Below the pieces are notes generated by a model, which was not told the origin of the DNA, made no database searches, and saw only the letters and a list, made by a program, of their open reading frames with translations. DNA of 64,000 nucleotides from Priapulus caudatus (taxonomy: Eukaryota): positions 854,113 through 918,112 of the forward strand of contig NW_014577066.1 of the NCBI RefSeq assembly GCF_000485595.1, read 5' to 3'. Every line of letters starts with the position of its first letter. Positions within the stretch are counted from its first letter, which is position 1. The position numbers and the translations under genes are program-made. This document shows positions 1-11,100 of the stretch, one piece after another.

Positions 1-35
1 GCTACGGGTACGGCAGGCGTATCTTAATTTTTCGA

Positions 36-267
36 GGCTGGGGGTACGGCCGTCCATTCGCTTTCATACTTAACGAGACAAAGATGGCGGCGGTGACGCC
101 AGATTTCGAAATAACGCCTTGGGAAATAAATTCACGATTTGAGAGTTTAGATGAGCTAGAACCCTAACCCTAACCCTAACCCTAACCATAACCCTAAACC
201 TAACCCTAATCCTAACCCTAACGCCAAAAAGGGGGTTCAACGACCGACGGCTACCGTACCTCCAGCC
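36..267. mobile_element. Small inverted-repeat element containing telomeric repeats (possibly Helentron/HINE-like), probably starting before the window
   Basis: GGCTGGGGGTACGG (36-49) and CCGTACCTCCAGCC (254-267) are inverted repeats with one mismatch and enclose a (CCCTAA)n tract. Confidence 0.45.
161..221. repeat. Interstitial telomeric repeat (CCCTAA)n, about 10 imperfect units
   Basis: accctaaccctaaccctaaccctaaccataaccctaaacctaaccctaatcctaaccctaa. Confidence 0.9.
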
Positions 268-273
268 ACTGCG

Positions 274-1111
274 TAAATATATAGCAGGTGAGAAAGCGCG
301 ATCCCAAAAATTCGCTCGGCGCTCGCTGCATTTCTCACGATTTCAACACAAGTACACATCCAACAGCTTCCATCATTGTTTCTCCTTCAAGAACAGTGTT
401 CACTTGTTATAAAAACATAATGTCTCTGTTCGTAACCGAGCTGTGTCACGCGAAATCACACAAAGACGAAATTCTCGCGTTTGCTCCCGTTGCGCAGTTT
501 ATGTAAATGGCTGTCAGAATCAGGAAACGCCCACCGGCGCTCTTCGTGACCTCATTCTTACGCTGCAACGTTTTTGCAACGCTTTACTGGCGGCTTTGAC
601 GAGGCTAGTACGGGAGTTGGAAAGCAGCGTGGTAGTTTCCCAAAATGCAATGCGCCGCCTATAGCCCTGAATTTGCAGCCATTTACATAAACTGCGCAAC
701 GGAAGCGAACGCGAGAATTTCGCCAGTCTTTGTGTGATTTCGCGTGACACAGCTCGGTTACGAACACAGACAGTATGTTTTTATAACAAGTAAACACTGT
801 TCTTGAAATAGAAATAAAGATGTCCAGAGTAGAATGGTTGAATATTTGTGTTGTATTCGTGTGAAATCAATCGAGTGTCGAGCGAATTTTGGCAGCACGC
901 TTTCCTACCTGCTATATATTTATGTGTCAGTGTGCAGCGGCAGCAATGGCAGCAGCCATTGTTTGTTGTAGATGAGCATTTGGATGGCATTTACAGGAAA
1001 TTGTCGGCAATAATAGGTGAAAGAGAGTATAGAAACATTAAGACTTTGGTAGTAAATAGATTTCGTATTTATTTAGCACTATATTTTATTGAAACGCTCC
1101 AAATGCCTGTG
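274..1111. mobile_element. Foldback MITE, left end truncated; same family as 21317-22150
   Basis: Inverted arms at about 274-534 and 666-922. Region 840-1111 aligns by eye with 21880-22150 (GATGAGCATTTG, GAAACATTAAGACTTTGGTA, terminal TGCCTGTG). Confidence 0.8.
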
Positions 1112-1635
1112 GTACTAACTTAGTAAGTGTAAGCGCTTTCACAAATTTTGCACATACTATTACAGAAAACTCAAGTCCTCGGCAATCATATTGCTTTTAA
1201 CACTGACTTCTATAGCCTATAGAGTATAGGCTCTCTTTACGTTTATTTACTCTAAATTAACGTCTTCCGAGTTAATCTGGACATAGAGCCACTGTCAGTG
1301 ACGACTGTCAGTGGTTATCTTCATTAACGTTCAAACTATTGCCGTTTAACTAATAATATTCCAATCACTAAATCAGAATCGGGAGTTGGAATACGTGTGA
1401 CAACATGTACGAATATAAATGTGACCACGGGCACAGCTATGATGTTACCGTGGACACCAACCCATTTAACCAATGCTGAATGCTATTCTACGCTATTCAA
1501 TGCTGTGTGTATCCACGCTAATACTTACCCTCGACTCTTTTTGATTGATCGCCATTTTGCTTCTCTAGGAATTAACGCGAACGTCTACGAGCGCCAGCGA
1601 CCAACGCAGCAGTGCACAGCGACTCACTCAGCGAG

Positions 1636-2853
1636 ATGGCCGATCCGAAGTATGCTGGCCTGCCGGGCATTGCCGTCGGCGAACCCGACGTCTATGAGAC
1701 GGGCGACCTTCCAGAGGACGACCAGCACCGGCAAGCGGCCGGCGCCGCCGACGACAGCAGCGAGAGCGTCGAGAGGATCGACATCAAGGCCGGCGACGCC
1801 TTCAGCAAGTTCAAGGGCAAGAGCGTTGACGGCGCCGGGGTCGACTTCTCGGAGACGGCGGCCGCCGCGCGGCCCAACCGCGGCTACTACGCCGACAAGG
1901 CCGAGTACGAGCTGTCGGGCGGCGAGCTGCGGCGCGAGCGCGAGACACCCGCGCAGAAGCACCAGCGGCTGCAGCTGGAGATGCGCGAGCTCGCCGACGA
2001 AGTACGGCAGGCGGAGGAGGCGGTGCGCGGCGACGGCGGCGACAAGTCGAGTCCCGTGCTCGTCGCCAAGCAGGTGGAGTACCTGCAGCGGCAGCTAGCC
2101 GACCTGCAGCTCGAGACCGTGCTCGGCTCGCAGGCCGTCGTCGACAGCTCCGACCCGCAGGGGGCGCTGCAGCGCAAGCTCATCAGCCAGATCGAGGCGT
2201 TCAAGGCGGCGACAACGAAGACGGCGGCGGCCGCGGCGGCGCCCCCTAGCGAGGACCACATCATCTACGAGCTGTACTATAAGCCGGAGCAGGCGCGCTT
2301 CAGCCAGGCGGCGAAGGTGGCTGACCTCGAGGCGCGTCTCGAGCGTCTCGAGGCATCGATCGGCGGTGCGCCGGACACGCTGTCGGCGCTCTGCCAGGAG
2401 GCGGAGGGCCGCAGCCTCGTCGAGGTGTCGCGCGTGCTCGCGGGCAAGCTGGCGCTGCTCGAGCCGGCCAACCTCGACCAGGTTGAGGGCCGGCTGCAGG
2501 CGATGAACCAGAAGCTGAAGCAGATCGCCGACAAGCGGTCGGTCGTCGAGGACGCGGACGCGGTGAACCGCGTTGCCGCGCTCTACGAGCTGATGATGCG
2601 CTGGGAGCAGACGACCGCGTGCCTGCCGGCCGTCGTCGAGCGCATGTCTGCGCTCAAGGACCTGCACGAGCAGGCGCTGCAGTTCAGCCAGGCGCTCAGC
2701 TACCTGGACAGCGTGCAGCAGCAGCTCGCGTCGAGCCTGCACGCGAACGAGGCGCAGCTGAAGACGGTCAGCGGCACGTTCAGTGACAACATGGCCGCGA
2801 TCAGATCCAACTGCGAGAGCCTGGACTCGCGCCTGAAGGTGCTGAACAAGTGA
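1636..2853 (+). CDS. DCTN2: Dynactin subunit 2 (p50/dynamitin), single-exon CDS, 405 aa
   Basis: The ORF from ATG 1636 begins MADPKYAGLPGIAVGEPDVYETGDLPEDDQ, the hallmark dynamitin N-terminus. It also has ETPAQKHQRL, coiled-coil segments and LKDLHEQALQFSQAL. It is uninterrupted to TGA 2853, with a splice acceptor (ttttgcttctctag) ending at 1568 in the 5' UTR. Confidence 0.96.
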   Translation: MADPKYAGLPGIAVGEPDVYETGDLPEDDQHRQAAGAADDSSESVERIDIKAGDAFSKFKGKSVDGAGVDFSETAAAARPNRGYYADKAEYELSGGELRRERETPAQKHQRLQLEMRELADEVRQAEEAVRGDGGDKSSPVLVAKQVEYLQRQLADLQLETVLGSQAVVDSSDPQGALQRKLISQIEAFKAATTKTAAAAAAPPSEDHIIYELYYKPEQARFSQAAKVADLEARLERLEASIGGAPDTLSALCQEAEGRSLVEVSRVLAGKLALLEPANLDQVEGRLQAMNQKLKQIADKRSVVEDADAVNRVAALYELMMRWEQTTACLPAVVERMSALKDLHEQALQFSQALSYLDSVQQQLASSLHANEAQLKTVSGTFSDNMAAIRSNCESLDSRLKVLNK

Positions 2854-3684
2854 ACGTGTCGGACTGGAGAGATGCGCATATGATACGCAGCTGCATTGCT
2901 TGCCGCTAATGTAATGCATGGATTTTTTGCGATGTAGCGCAGGTTAATACTATAAATGATTTCGTCACTTTCGGGCTGGGATTGGTTGTTCCTGTAATCT
3001 CTCATGTGCTGCCCATAACCTGACATGGTCACCATGCACGCATGTATCTAGGCATTGATGCACATGTCTTTATATAATATATAGATGAATTATATAAAAT
3101 GCTACATCTAAATACTTCACCCCCTTCGTACTGCTGATTTGCAGGGGAATCATTATTGTATGTTTTTCATCATGATCATTTTTGCACATGTCCAGGTAAA
3201 ATATATTATACACATTCTATCTTTATTTATTAAGTTCAAAGTGTTCAAGTTTGTTATGTAAACTTTTGGTGGCTAAACTTCTGTGTCCTACCAATTGTGT
3301 GTTTAATTTGAACAAACATTTGACATCTATGTAGCTTTGCTTTATATGTGCGGTGCCAAGAGGTATACATGTGTTAAAAAACTGCAGTACAATGTATGTG
3401 AAGAATAGTGCAGTACAATTTCTGAACGTGGGATTGAGACATCTGAAAGGGATAAAAATTTAACATTTGAAGAGCAGATATATATTAACTTGTCGTGTGC
3501 TTTACACTTGATCGTTGATGGACTGGTACACCAAGCATAGCTTGATTCCTTGCATCTGCAGGTGCTAATTAATGTTTAAACTAAATTCTTACAAGGCAGG
3601 TCGGGTAGTCCTGACCTGTCAAAAATGTGTGAGATTTAGTCGTTTTGAAACGGAATCGTGCATTTGCGACTATTATGATAAGGT

Positions 3685-3728
3685 CAGGAGTAGATAATAG
3701 AAGATAGATCTTCTATTATCTACTCCTG
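3685..3728. mobile_element. 44-bp palindromic mini-element (CARGAG family) in the DCTN2 3' region
   Basis: Perfect 21-bp arms CAGGAGTAGATAATAGAAGAT with a 2-nt loop. Flanks are ATAAGGT / AAAAGGT (7-bp duplication, one mismatch). Confidence 0.7.
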
Positions 3729-3794
3729 AAAAGGTGATGGTCATTTTGCAGTGTTACCTATCTGGTCGTGTTAATACGGTGTAAGCAAAGTAAA

Positions 3795-3800
3795 AATAAA
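3795..3800 (+). terminator. Candidate polyadenylation signal of DCTN2
   Basis: AATAAA about 940 nt after the stop codon, followed by UG-containing sequence. Confidence 0.45.
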
Positions 3801-3924
3801 GACTGTGAACTAGTCATATATGTCTACCACATTGTCTCTGTACTCGTAATGACAACCGTTGGGACGACACAACAAAATTGTCACAAGACAATCGCAAACA
3901 ACGATTCATAATTGCATGTAAAAA

Positions 3925-3930
3925 TTTATT
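3925..3930 (-). terminator. Candidate polyadenylation signal of FAM193
   Basis: Minus-strand AATAAA followed on that strand by GU-rich TGTTTGCGATTGTCTTGTG...TTTTGTTGTGT. Confidence 0.5.
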
Positions 3931-5150
3931 TTTAGAAAGGCAACTCCAGAAACGGGAGAAAACGCACAATCGTTATTTGTCGTGCACTAACCGCCGAGTA
4001 AAAGCAAAATGAAAATGTCCCGCTGTGCTGCGTACATTCTCTTGCTGCGCCATTCGGCAATGCGCAAGCTAGCACCGCCGACGCCATATTAAAATCTGTC
4101 TGATGCGAGAAGTCCTACATTGTAGACCTCATTGCCACCGCACATAACACACGAAACGTAGACCGTACACCCGAAGACAACAATCTGGTGGGAGGGTGGT
4201 GGAGAGCAAACTTGGGATTTGCAAAAACCCAAAACGAAAGCCACATACAAGTGCACGCGACTTCTTCAAGTTGAACAATCATTGCCATGGTAACAAGGCA
4301 GCTATGCTAGCTGTGCCTTCTGTAATCGTAACACGCCGTCTCCCTTTCCGATGACGGTACCTTAATAACATGCACATCGGCACCCACACAGGTTACACTT
4401 TGGATTGCATAAACTTTTACGCTTGCAAAATCACTTTCAGTAAATGGAACGTGGTTTCAAGTAAAAAATATGTTTATAGCATTATTATCGAGTAAGACAA
4501 AAGCACGACGATCTAGCTAGCCTACATACAGTATACAACCTACTTCCAACAGATCTTTAACAGCGTCACCTGGTTCACTTTAATAATTCAACATAAATGC
4601 TAAAGTGTAAATATTAGATGCAGCGGTTACCACCTTGACCGAATGACACACATTAGCATACAGCCACGCGAGGTATTGCTCACGTTCAGTAAGCTGATAT
4701 AATGCATATAAATAAAATATAAATAGTTGATCTTACATTGTCATCATTCTAACAGAAAAACAAAGTGTGTTTCTGTTTGCTCATGAATGCTGCATTTGGC
4801 AATGGAAAAACCGAGACGGTCAGATTGTGATGCATTGCAATGTGTGCAACAAGTGGATTCTCTACCGGGATATGCCGTGTCAAGGCACCCGTGCCGTCTC
4901 ACACACGGATATAGCAGTCTAGATCGGCGAACGCATGCAATCTCCTCTACTCTTCGCATGGCTGTGCACTACAAAATTCTAATAGCTGTCTAAGAGCTCC
5001 TCGTATTTATACTAAAGGCACATTATTACATTCCTGCACGGTAACGAACTCAAGCACAGTGTCCATCCTCCGGTCGCACGGCAGGCAGATCGGTCGCCAC
5101 CGACGGGTGGCGCCACCTATCCAATAATACGGTTAATACGGCGAATAAGG

Positions 5151-8100
5151 CTAGTTGCTGCAGCTCATGGCCGACACCTTCTTCTTAAAGACGCTGCTGC
5201 AGTCAAGCTTGACCTTGACCTTGGCGCGATCGGGCTGCGGCTCGGCGCTGAAGCAGAACTTCTTGAAGGCCTCCAGCTCCTTCTCGAAGTCATCGAGCTC
5301 CGAGAGCTCCTCCTCGTTCTTCGGCCGAAAGATGTCGTCTGCAATAACGACGGTGATCCCGTTAAGAGGTGACGTCACGTCGCGTGCGCTCACTATACCG
5401 TATGCATAACTTCGTAGCAAAGTACATTCCCTCGGCAGGGGGAACTTAGGGGCCTACATTGCCTACTGTTCCCTGTCCCTCCCAGTTATCATTTCCATGA
5501 CTTGTAACGAAAAGTGGTCATGCTACTGTGATTCTTTCATCGACTGAGATTGAGATAAGCAGTTACGTGCATAACTCACGACGAGTGAGATAATAATAAT
5601 TTCAAAATTTAATAAAATTCTATAAATTAATATATGAATTGTAAAAAATTTATTTATGTATAAATATATAAACGAAATTACAAAGTTATAAAGAAATTAC
5701 CGATAGATGTATTGCCGGCAGGTCCTGGGCCAGATCCCTTGCCTTTCCGCTTGCCAACATTACTCTAAACAAATGAAAAGTAACACGTTAAACAAGCAGC
5801 ACCGACTTCTTCCTTGTTCCTTACATCTCTTATAATTTTCTTGTTTTTACATGATCTCTAAATACTTTCTGGTGCACCATTGTATCGAGATGAGACAGGT
5901 TATAGACAAGCATGTCTGTGGCTCTCGAGGTTGTATTCTCCATTGTACTGTAGATGAGCTAAAGCTTTCGGTACCAAAGCTTTACTCAGACATTTTTCCA
6001 ATTAATGTTTCTTGTTGAATTAAATGCAATTGTGACCACACACACTACCTTTCCAGCTTTTGGCGGTGTGGAGGCTGAGGGCTGAGCATGATTTATCTGC
6101 ACCTGTGCAGGTTTCGCGGTCGTCGTATCCACTGGCAGCTGCGGAGAAGGCGTTGTCGACTGCTGCTTTGGGGGCTGCTCAGACTTTTTCTTCTTGTCCT
6201 TCTTTCGCTGCAACAATAACGTCGAAGGTTTTTCATTTGTATATACCTTCACTCTACTTATGTGTAGACATGTAACTATTCACTTACTGATTCCATAAAT
6301 AGTAATAATCAGCAAGTTCCATCATTAACTTGCAGGCTAAAACAAAATACCTGACCAAAAGTCGTCAGACGGCCTAAAATCATGTAATCTTCAGAGGGAA
6401 ATCAACGGTCCTCATTTCTCTGTGACTGTTCACGTACAGTACAGACAAGATAACGACTATAGCTGTGAGTGAGTTAAATATCAAAACAAGACAGCAAGCG
6501 CAGTACTCTTCAAGTGAAGTTGCAAGACAAGCGAGAGACGAGGCAGAAACGACGTTTATATGAGCGTACCTGAGATGGGGTAGATGGAGCAGGACTAGGT
6601 GCAGTGTCAGGCTGAGATTCCAGCTTTTCGAGTGCGACCGAGTTCTGCTGGCGAGCAGGCCGCGCTTGTGTGACAGTAGATCTCACTCGTGCGGGCTGCT
6701 TCTGCGGCAGAGATACCTGCGCCAACGGCCTCTGCACATTCACCTGTCAGCAGGAAGGCAGCAGGGAATGAAAATGCCAGCATATGAAAACTCAACCTAC
6801 TATTCTCCGTAGTTACTCAATGTTAACACCATAATTAGTGATATTAATTAGTGATATCGGATCAGTGATCATCAGATTAGTGAAATTAAAATTACCGTGA
6901 AAAGCACGATTATCAAAACGTCACTAATCAAGTGCCAAATGCTGTCGCCAAGTTTTTACCCATTACCCTGTTCTGCAAATGTCTGTTAAGGAATACGCAC
7001 ACGCCCCTGGAAGGCTCAATGATCAAGACTTGATACGGTTTGCGTACGTACCACTGATGTGCTCCCCTGCTGCTTAACGAGTCCGTTTAGACGTGGCAGG
7101 GGTGTCGGTTTACCCTGCACGGGCTTGCCGACGATCTGGTAGCCGGGATTCATGTCGGGCCTCCTCGTCTCTCCGTTCTGCACGTCTCCGCCGCCGCTCC
7201 GCGCCGCTTCATTCGGTGACGGCTTCCTCCTCTTAGTCTGCTCGATGAATCCATCCTGCCGAGAGTTTTTGCTGCCGCTGCTGCTGTTGCTTGTGGCGGT
7301 GCTGCCACCACCTAGAGATAGAGCCTCGTGCTGTGGGCTCCTGCTGACGTTACGAGCAGGCACCTCCTGCCATGAGCTCTTGCTTGCATCTCTATTCGTG
7401 GCCATCTCGGCTCGTTGGTTCTTCGCTGCGCTCTGATCCATCGTCCCCTGGTGTAGATTTTTGCCATTGTCGAGGAGCTTCTTTCCAGTTTCGCCGGTTT
7501 CCAAGGCAACCGGATTTACGCTGCCGTTACTCGCCGTTGTAGCCTGTTTCGCTTTGCTTTTCTACAACAAAAAACACCGACTTTGGGTAATACACGTGAA
7601 ATGATACGATGGCTTACTGTGATCTCACCTTTATTCAAGATACGCTGTGCACTTGACTATGCTTTCACACTATGCTCTATTATATATCATATATTATTAT
7701 CTCATATTGGTTTTAGGATCAAACTCGGCAGCGCTGCACACAAACCTCTGCATTACTGTCCATTGTCTGCTGTTCGTCTGCCTCACCCTCTTCCTCTTCC
7801 TCCTCCTCTGCTTCTTCCTCTCCCATCTGAGACTTCTCCTTTAGTTCAGCCTACGAAGAATACCAATAAACACATCATCGTCATTACTAGTATTGTACTG
7901 AATATAATTTATATAGAATAACTTACTATGCAGATGGGAAGCACGGTCACATGCATGCACTTGCGCATGAATACCTGCCCACACACAGTGTAAACTGGTA
8001 GCATTACCTTTTTCTGCTTCTGCCGCGCTCTCTTCGCTGCCTTCTTCGATATCCGCTTCTCTCGGTCGGTCTGCTCGTTACCGACTGGCACGCCTTCTAT

Positions 8101-11100
8101 GAATGTCAGCAGGTCGGCGATGCTTTCCGTGCCACGCGGTGCCGACGAGTTGCGATCAGTGCTGTCGGATTTTTCTTGGTCGTTGTCCAGGACATTGTCT
8201 ACGTGCTCGCTCTGTGACATATCAAACTGTCATTGGCTTCGTTAAAAGTTTGCCCCAAGAACACACTAATTAGAATGAGGTTAAAGTATTGCAGTAGCAC
8301 CTCATGTTTGTCACACAGTGAAAGCAATTACGTGCCTAATTGCACTTCCACGTACTAACGGTAATTCGACTATTAGGACAAACAGGATCATGTACACTTC
8401 CTGCAGCTTCATGTGGTTGCTGTGCAAAACGAAACACTGCTTACCTTCCTGCGCGTGAGCCTCAATCGCAGCCTCTCCCGCATCTCCTCCTTCTTCCTGC
8501 TGATGGGTGTTGCAGCACCCTGCAGAGACGTCAGTAATTACACACGACATAATGATGAAACCAATGCTGGTCAGTCAGTAAACCCACGTAATAGAACACC
8601 GCCGAGAGGAAAACGTGAAACGGATGCTGTTGCGAAGCGGAAAAATGCATCGCCAAGAGAAGAACAACACCGGTGCAGGGTGCTTACATGCCGGCCGCGA
8701 ACTAACGTTGCCGAGACAAAAAACGATAAAAACGAATTGAGAGAAGTTGCTCTTCCTTCCCCTTCCCGCGTGACTCTGCCTCCACCCGTGCGACCCTGCC
8801 TGCGCCCTGGTGACCCTGCCCCCTCCCGTGTGACCCCGCCTCCGTGAGTGTGACCCTGCTTGCGCCCCGGCGACCCTGCCCCCTCCTGCCTGCCTGCGTG
8901 ACCCCGCCTCCACGCGTGCGACCCCGCCTCCACGTGTGCGACTCCGTCCCCTCCTGCGTGACCCCGCCTCCACGCGTGCGACCCCGCCCCTCCTGCGTGA
9001 CCCCGCCTCCATGCGTGTGACCCTGCCTGCGCCCCGGCGACCCTGCCCCCTCCTGCCTGCCTGCGTGACCCCGCCTCCATGCGTGCGACCCCGCCTCCAC
9101 GTGTGCGACTCCGCCCCCTCCTGCGTGACCCCGCCTCCACGCGTGCGACCCTGCCTGCGCCCCGGCGACCCTGCCTCTTCCCATGCAACGCTGCCGCCGC
9201 TGCGCGTGCGCGTACGTACCACGCCGTGCCCGAAGAACTCGCAGTAGTAGCAGTCGCACTGCTTGCCCTCCTTCTGCGACGAGCTCGTCGTCGACGTGCT
9301 CTTCTCCGAGCAGCTGTCGTCGACGTCGTCGTAGTCGCAGTGGCAGTCGGCGTTGCGACAACCAGAGAGCGCCGGCGGCACGTCGACGGCCTTCGGCGCG
9401 AGGCAGTGCTTGCGCTCGCACGGGTATGCAGAGGGCTCCGCGTGAGCGCGCGACTGCGCGAGCGCGCGGATCGCCTCCTCCTTCGCGACGCTCAGCGCGG
9501 CCGACTGGATCATCTCCGGCGTCAGGTTCGCCTGCAGCGCCTTCAGCTGACTGTGCACCGCTGACGTCTTGAACTCGCCGCACGGCTTGCCGGCGCCACC
9601 TGGCGGCGACTGCTGCTGCACGCACGACGATGACGTGTCGACGTAGTCATCGGGCGGCTCCTCCTCGCAGCCGTTATCAGTCGCCTGCTTGGGGGCGTTG
9701 TGGTCGCCGCTGCCGTCCTTGTGCAGGAATGAGCTCGCTTTGAGGATCTCGCTCTTTAGCAGGTGCAACTTGCACGAGCTGAGAAGGCTGCTGTAACGAG
9801 ATAATAACGATCATTATAATAATTAAAATAATAAGTTATTAATAATTATTATTAATAATAATTATAAATAATAATAATAAGTCAGGGTTACTCTACCACT
9901 CGCCACAAAATAGCCAATTGATACATTTTTTGTACTGGCTATAAAAACATTTAGACTGGCTTTTTTTGTGGCTAAAAGTGACCAAACTGGCTAATTGGCA
10001 ACTCACAGCAAGCAAAGATCCAGATTCTGACTCAACTGTACAGGCACCACAGAACCGAGATTCTTTGTATTTTGTTCAAGTAGGTAATTTATAATGAAAT
10101 TATGTGGACAAGAAATTGCTGCAAATTATTAACATTGGATACAAAAATGGTCAATTGGTTATTTTTTTGGCTACACTTTTCAATTTCCCAGAGTAACCCC
10201 TGATAACTATATGCAGTCTAATTAATCCCTGATATTAATTATCTGATGATTATCTTATTGTTTCTATGAGTAGTAAAATAGTAATAATAAATATGAGCCC
10301 TTAACTTTGAAACTTTAATTTCAATTAAAGAATAAGACACAGCTGAAGAGTTGAGGGCAAAACCTTAGCATGCGCGAAATTCTGAGATAAAAAATATTCT
10401 ATATGCCTCAAGAAATGCCATGGTTAGTGGCACAGCACTCATTGCACAACAAACTCTAGCTGAGAGAGCATCCTGTAGTGCATCAAGCACAACGTCAAGT
10501 TCCTCTTTTAAACCGAAAAGGAAATACCATACGCCACGTGCAAAATACGGTGTAATTCACCGGCATCAAGCAAAGCTTCTTTACTGCACACGAACTAACA
10601 ATGATAGCGTCGGTCACACGGAGAACACGCGTGTCTGCGACGGGGCAGCCGACCCCCCTCCCCCCTCCTGGGAGACAGCGCACCTGGTGTCATACCCGTT
10701 CTCCCAGTCTCCATAGGCGTGGTAGATGTGCTCCTGCAGCGCGTCACCGGTGTCCAGGTCCAGGCTGTACGGACGTCGCTTCTGAGTCTGTGCCGTGCCT
10801 GAAACCACGCATGGCGCGTCGTGAGCGCACACACTGCGATCGCCACACGCCCGTGGCATGTGCCCCGTCCCGAAACACCGTCGTCGCAAACCAACATCTG
10901 TGTTACTTACTGTCATCACCAGTCGAGAGTGAGTAACAAAGATGCTAGTTTGCAATGACACTAGCACCTGTATCACACACTAGCACCTGTATTACACGCT
11001 AGCCCTGTATCACACACTAGCACCTGTATCACACGCTAGCACCTTTATCACACACAAGCACTGTATCACACGCGCTAGCACATTTATCACACACAAGCAC

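Noticed and set aside
161..221. True chromosome end
   Set aside because: The telomeric tract is short, imperfect and has non-telomeric sequence on both sides.
288..1123. Short ORFs on both strands with mirrored peptides (MSREITQR..., FVTELCHAKSHKD)
   Set aside because: They arise from the inverted arms of the foldback MITE; there is no sign of a real gene.
1397..2919. Alternative-frame and antisense ORFs overlapping DCTN2
   Set aside because: Shadow ORFs caused by high GC3; the antisense frame lacks stops for compositional reasons.
8571..9247. Long Gly/Arg-rich ORFs in several frames
   Set aside because: They translate a stop-free minisatellite; the real exon ends at the GT donor after FFGHGV (9220).
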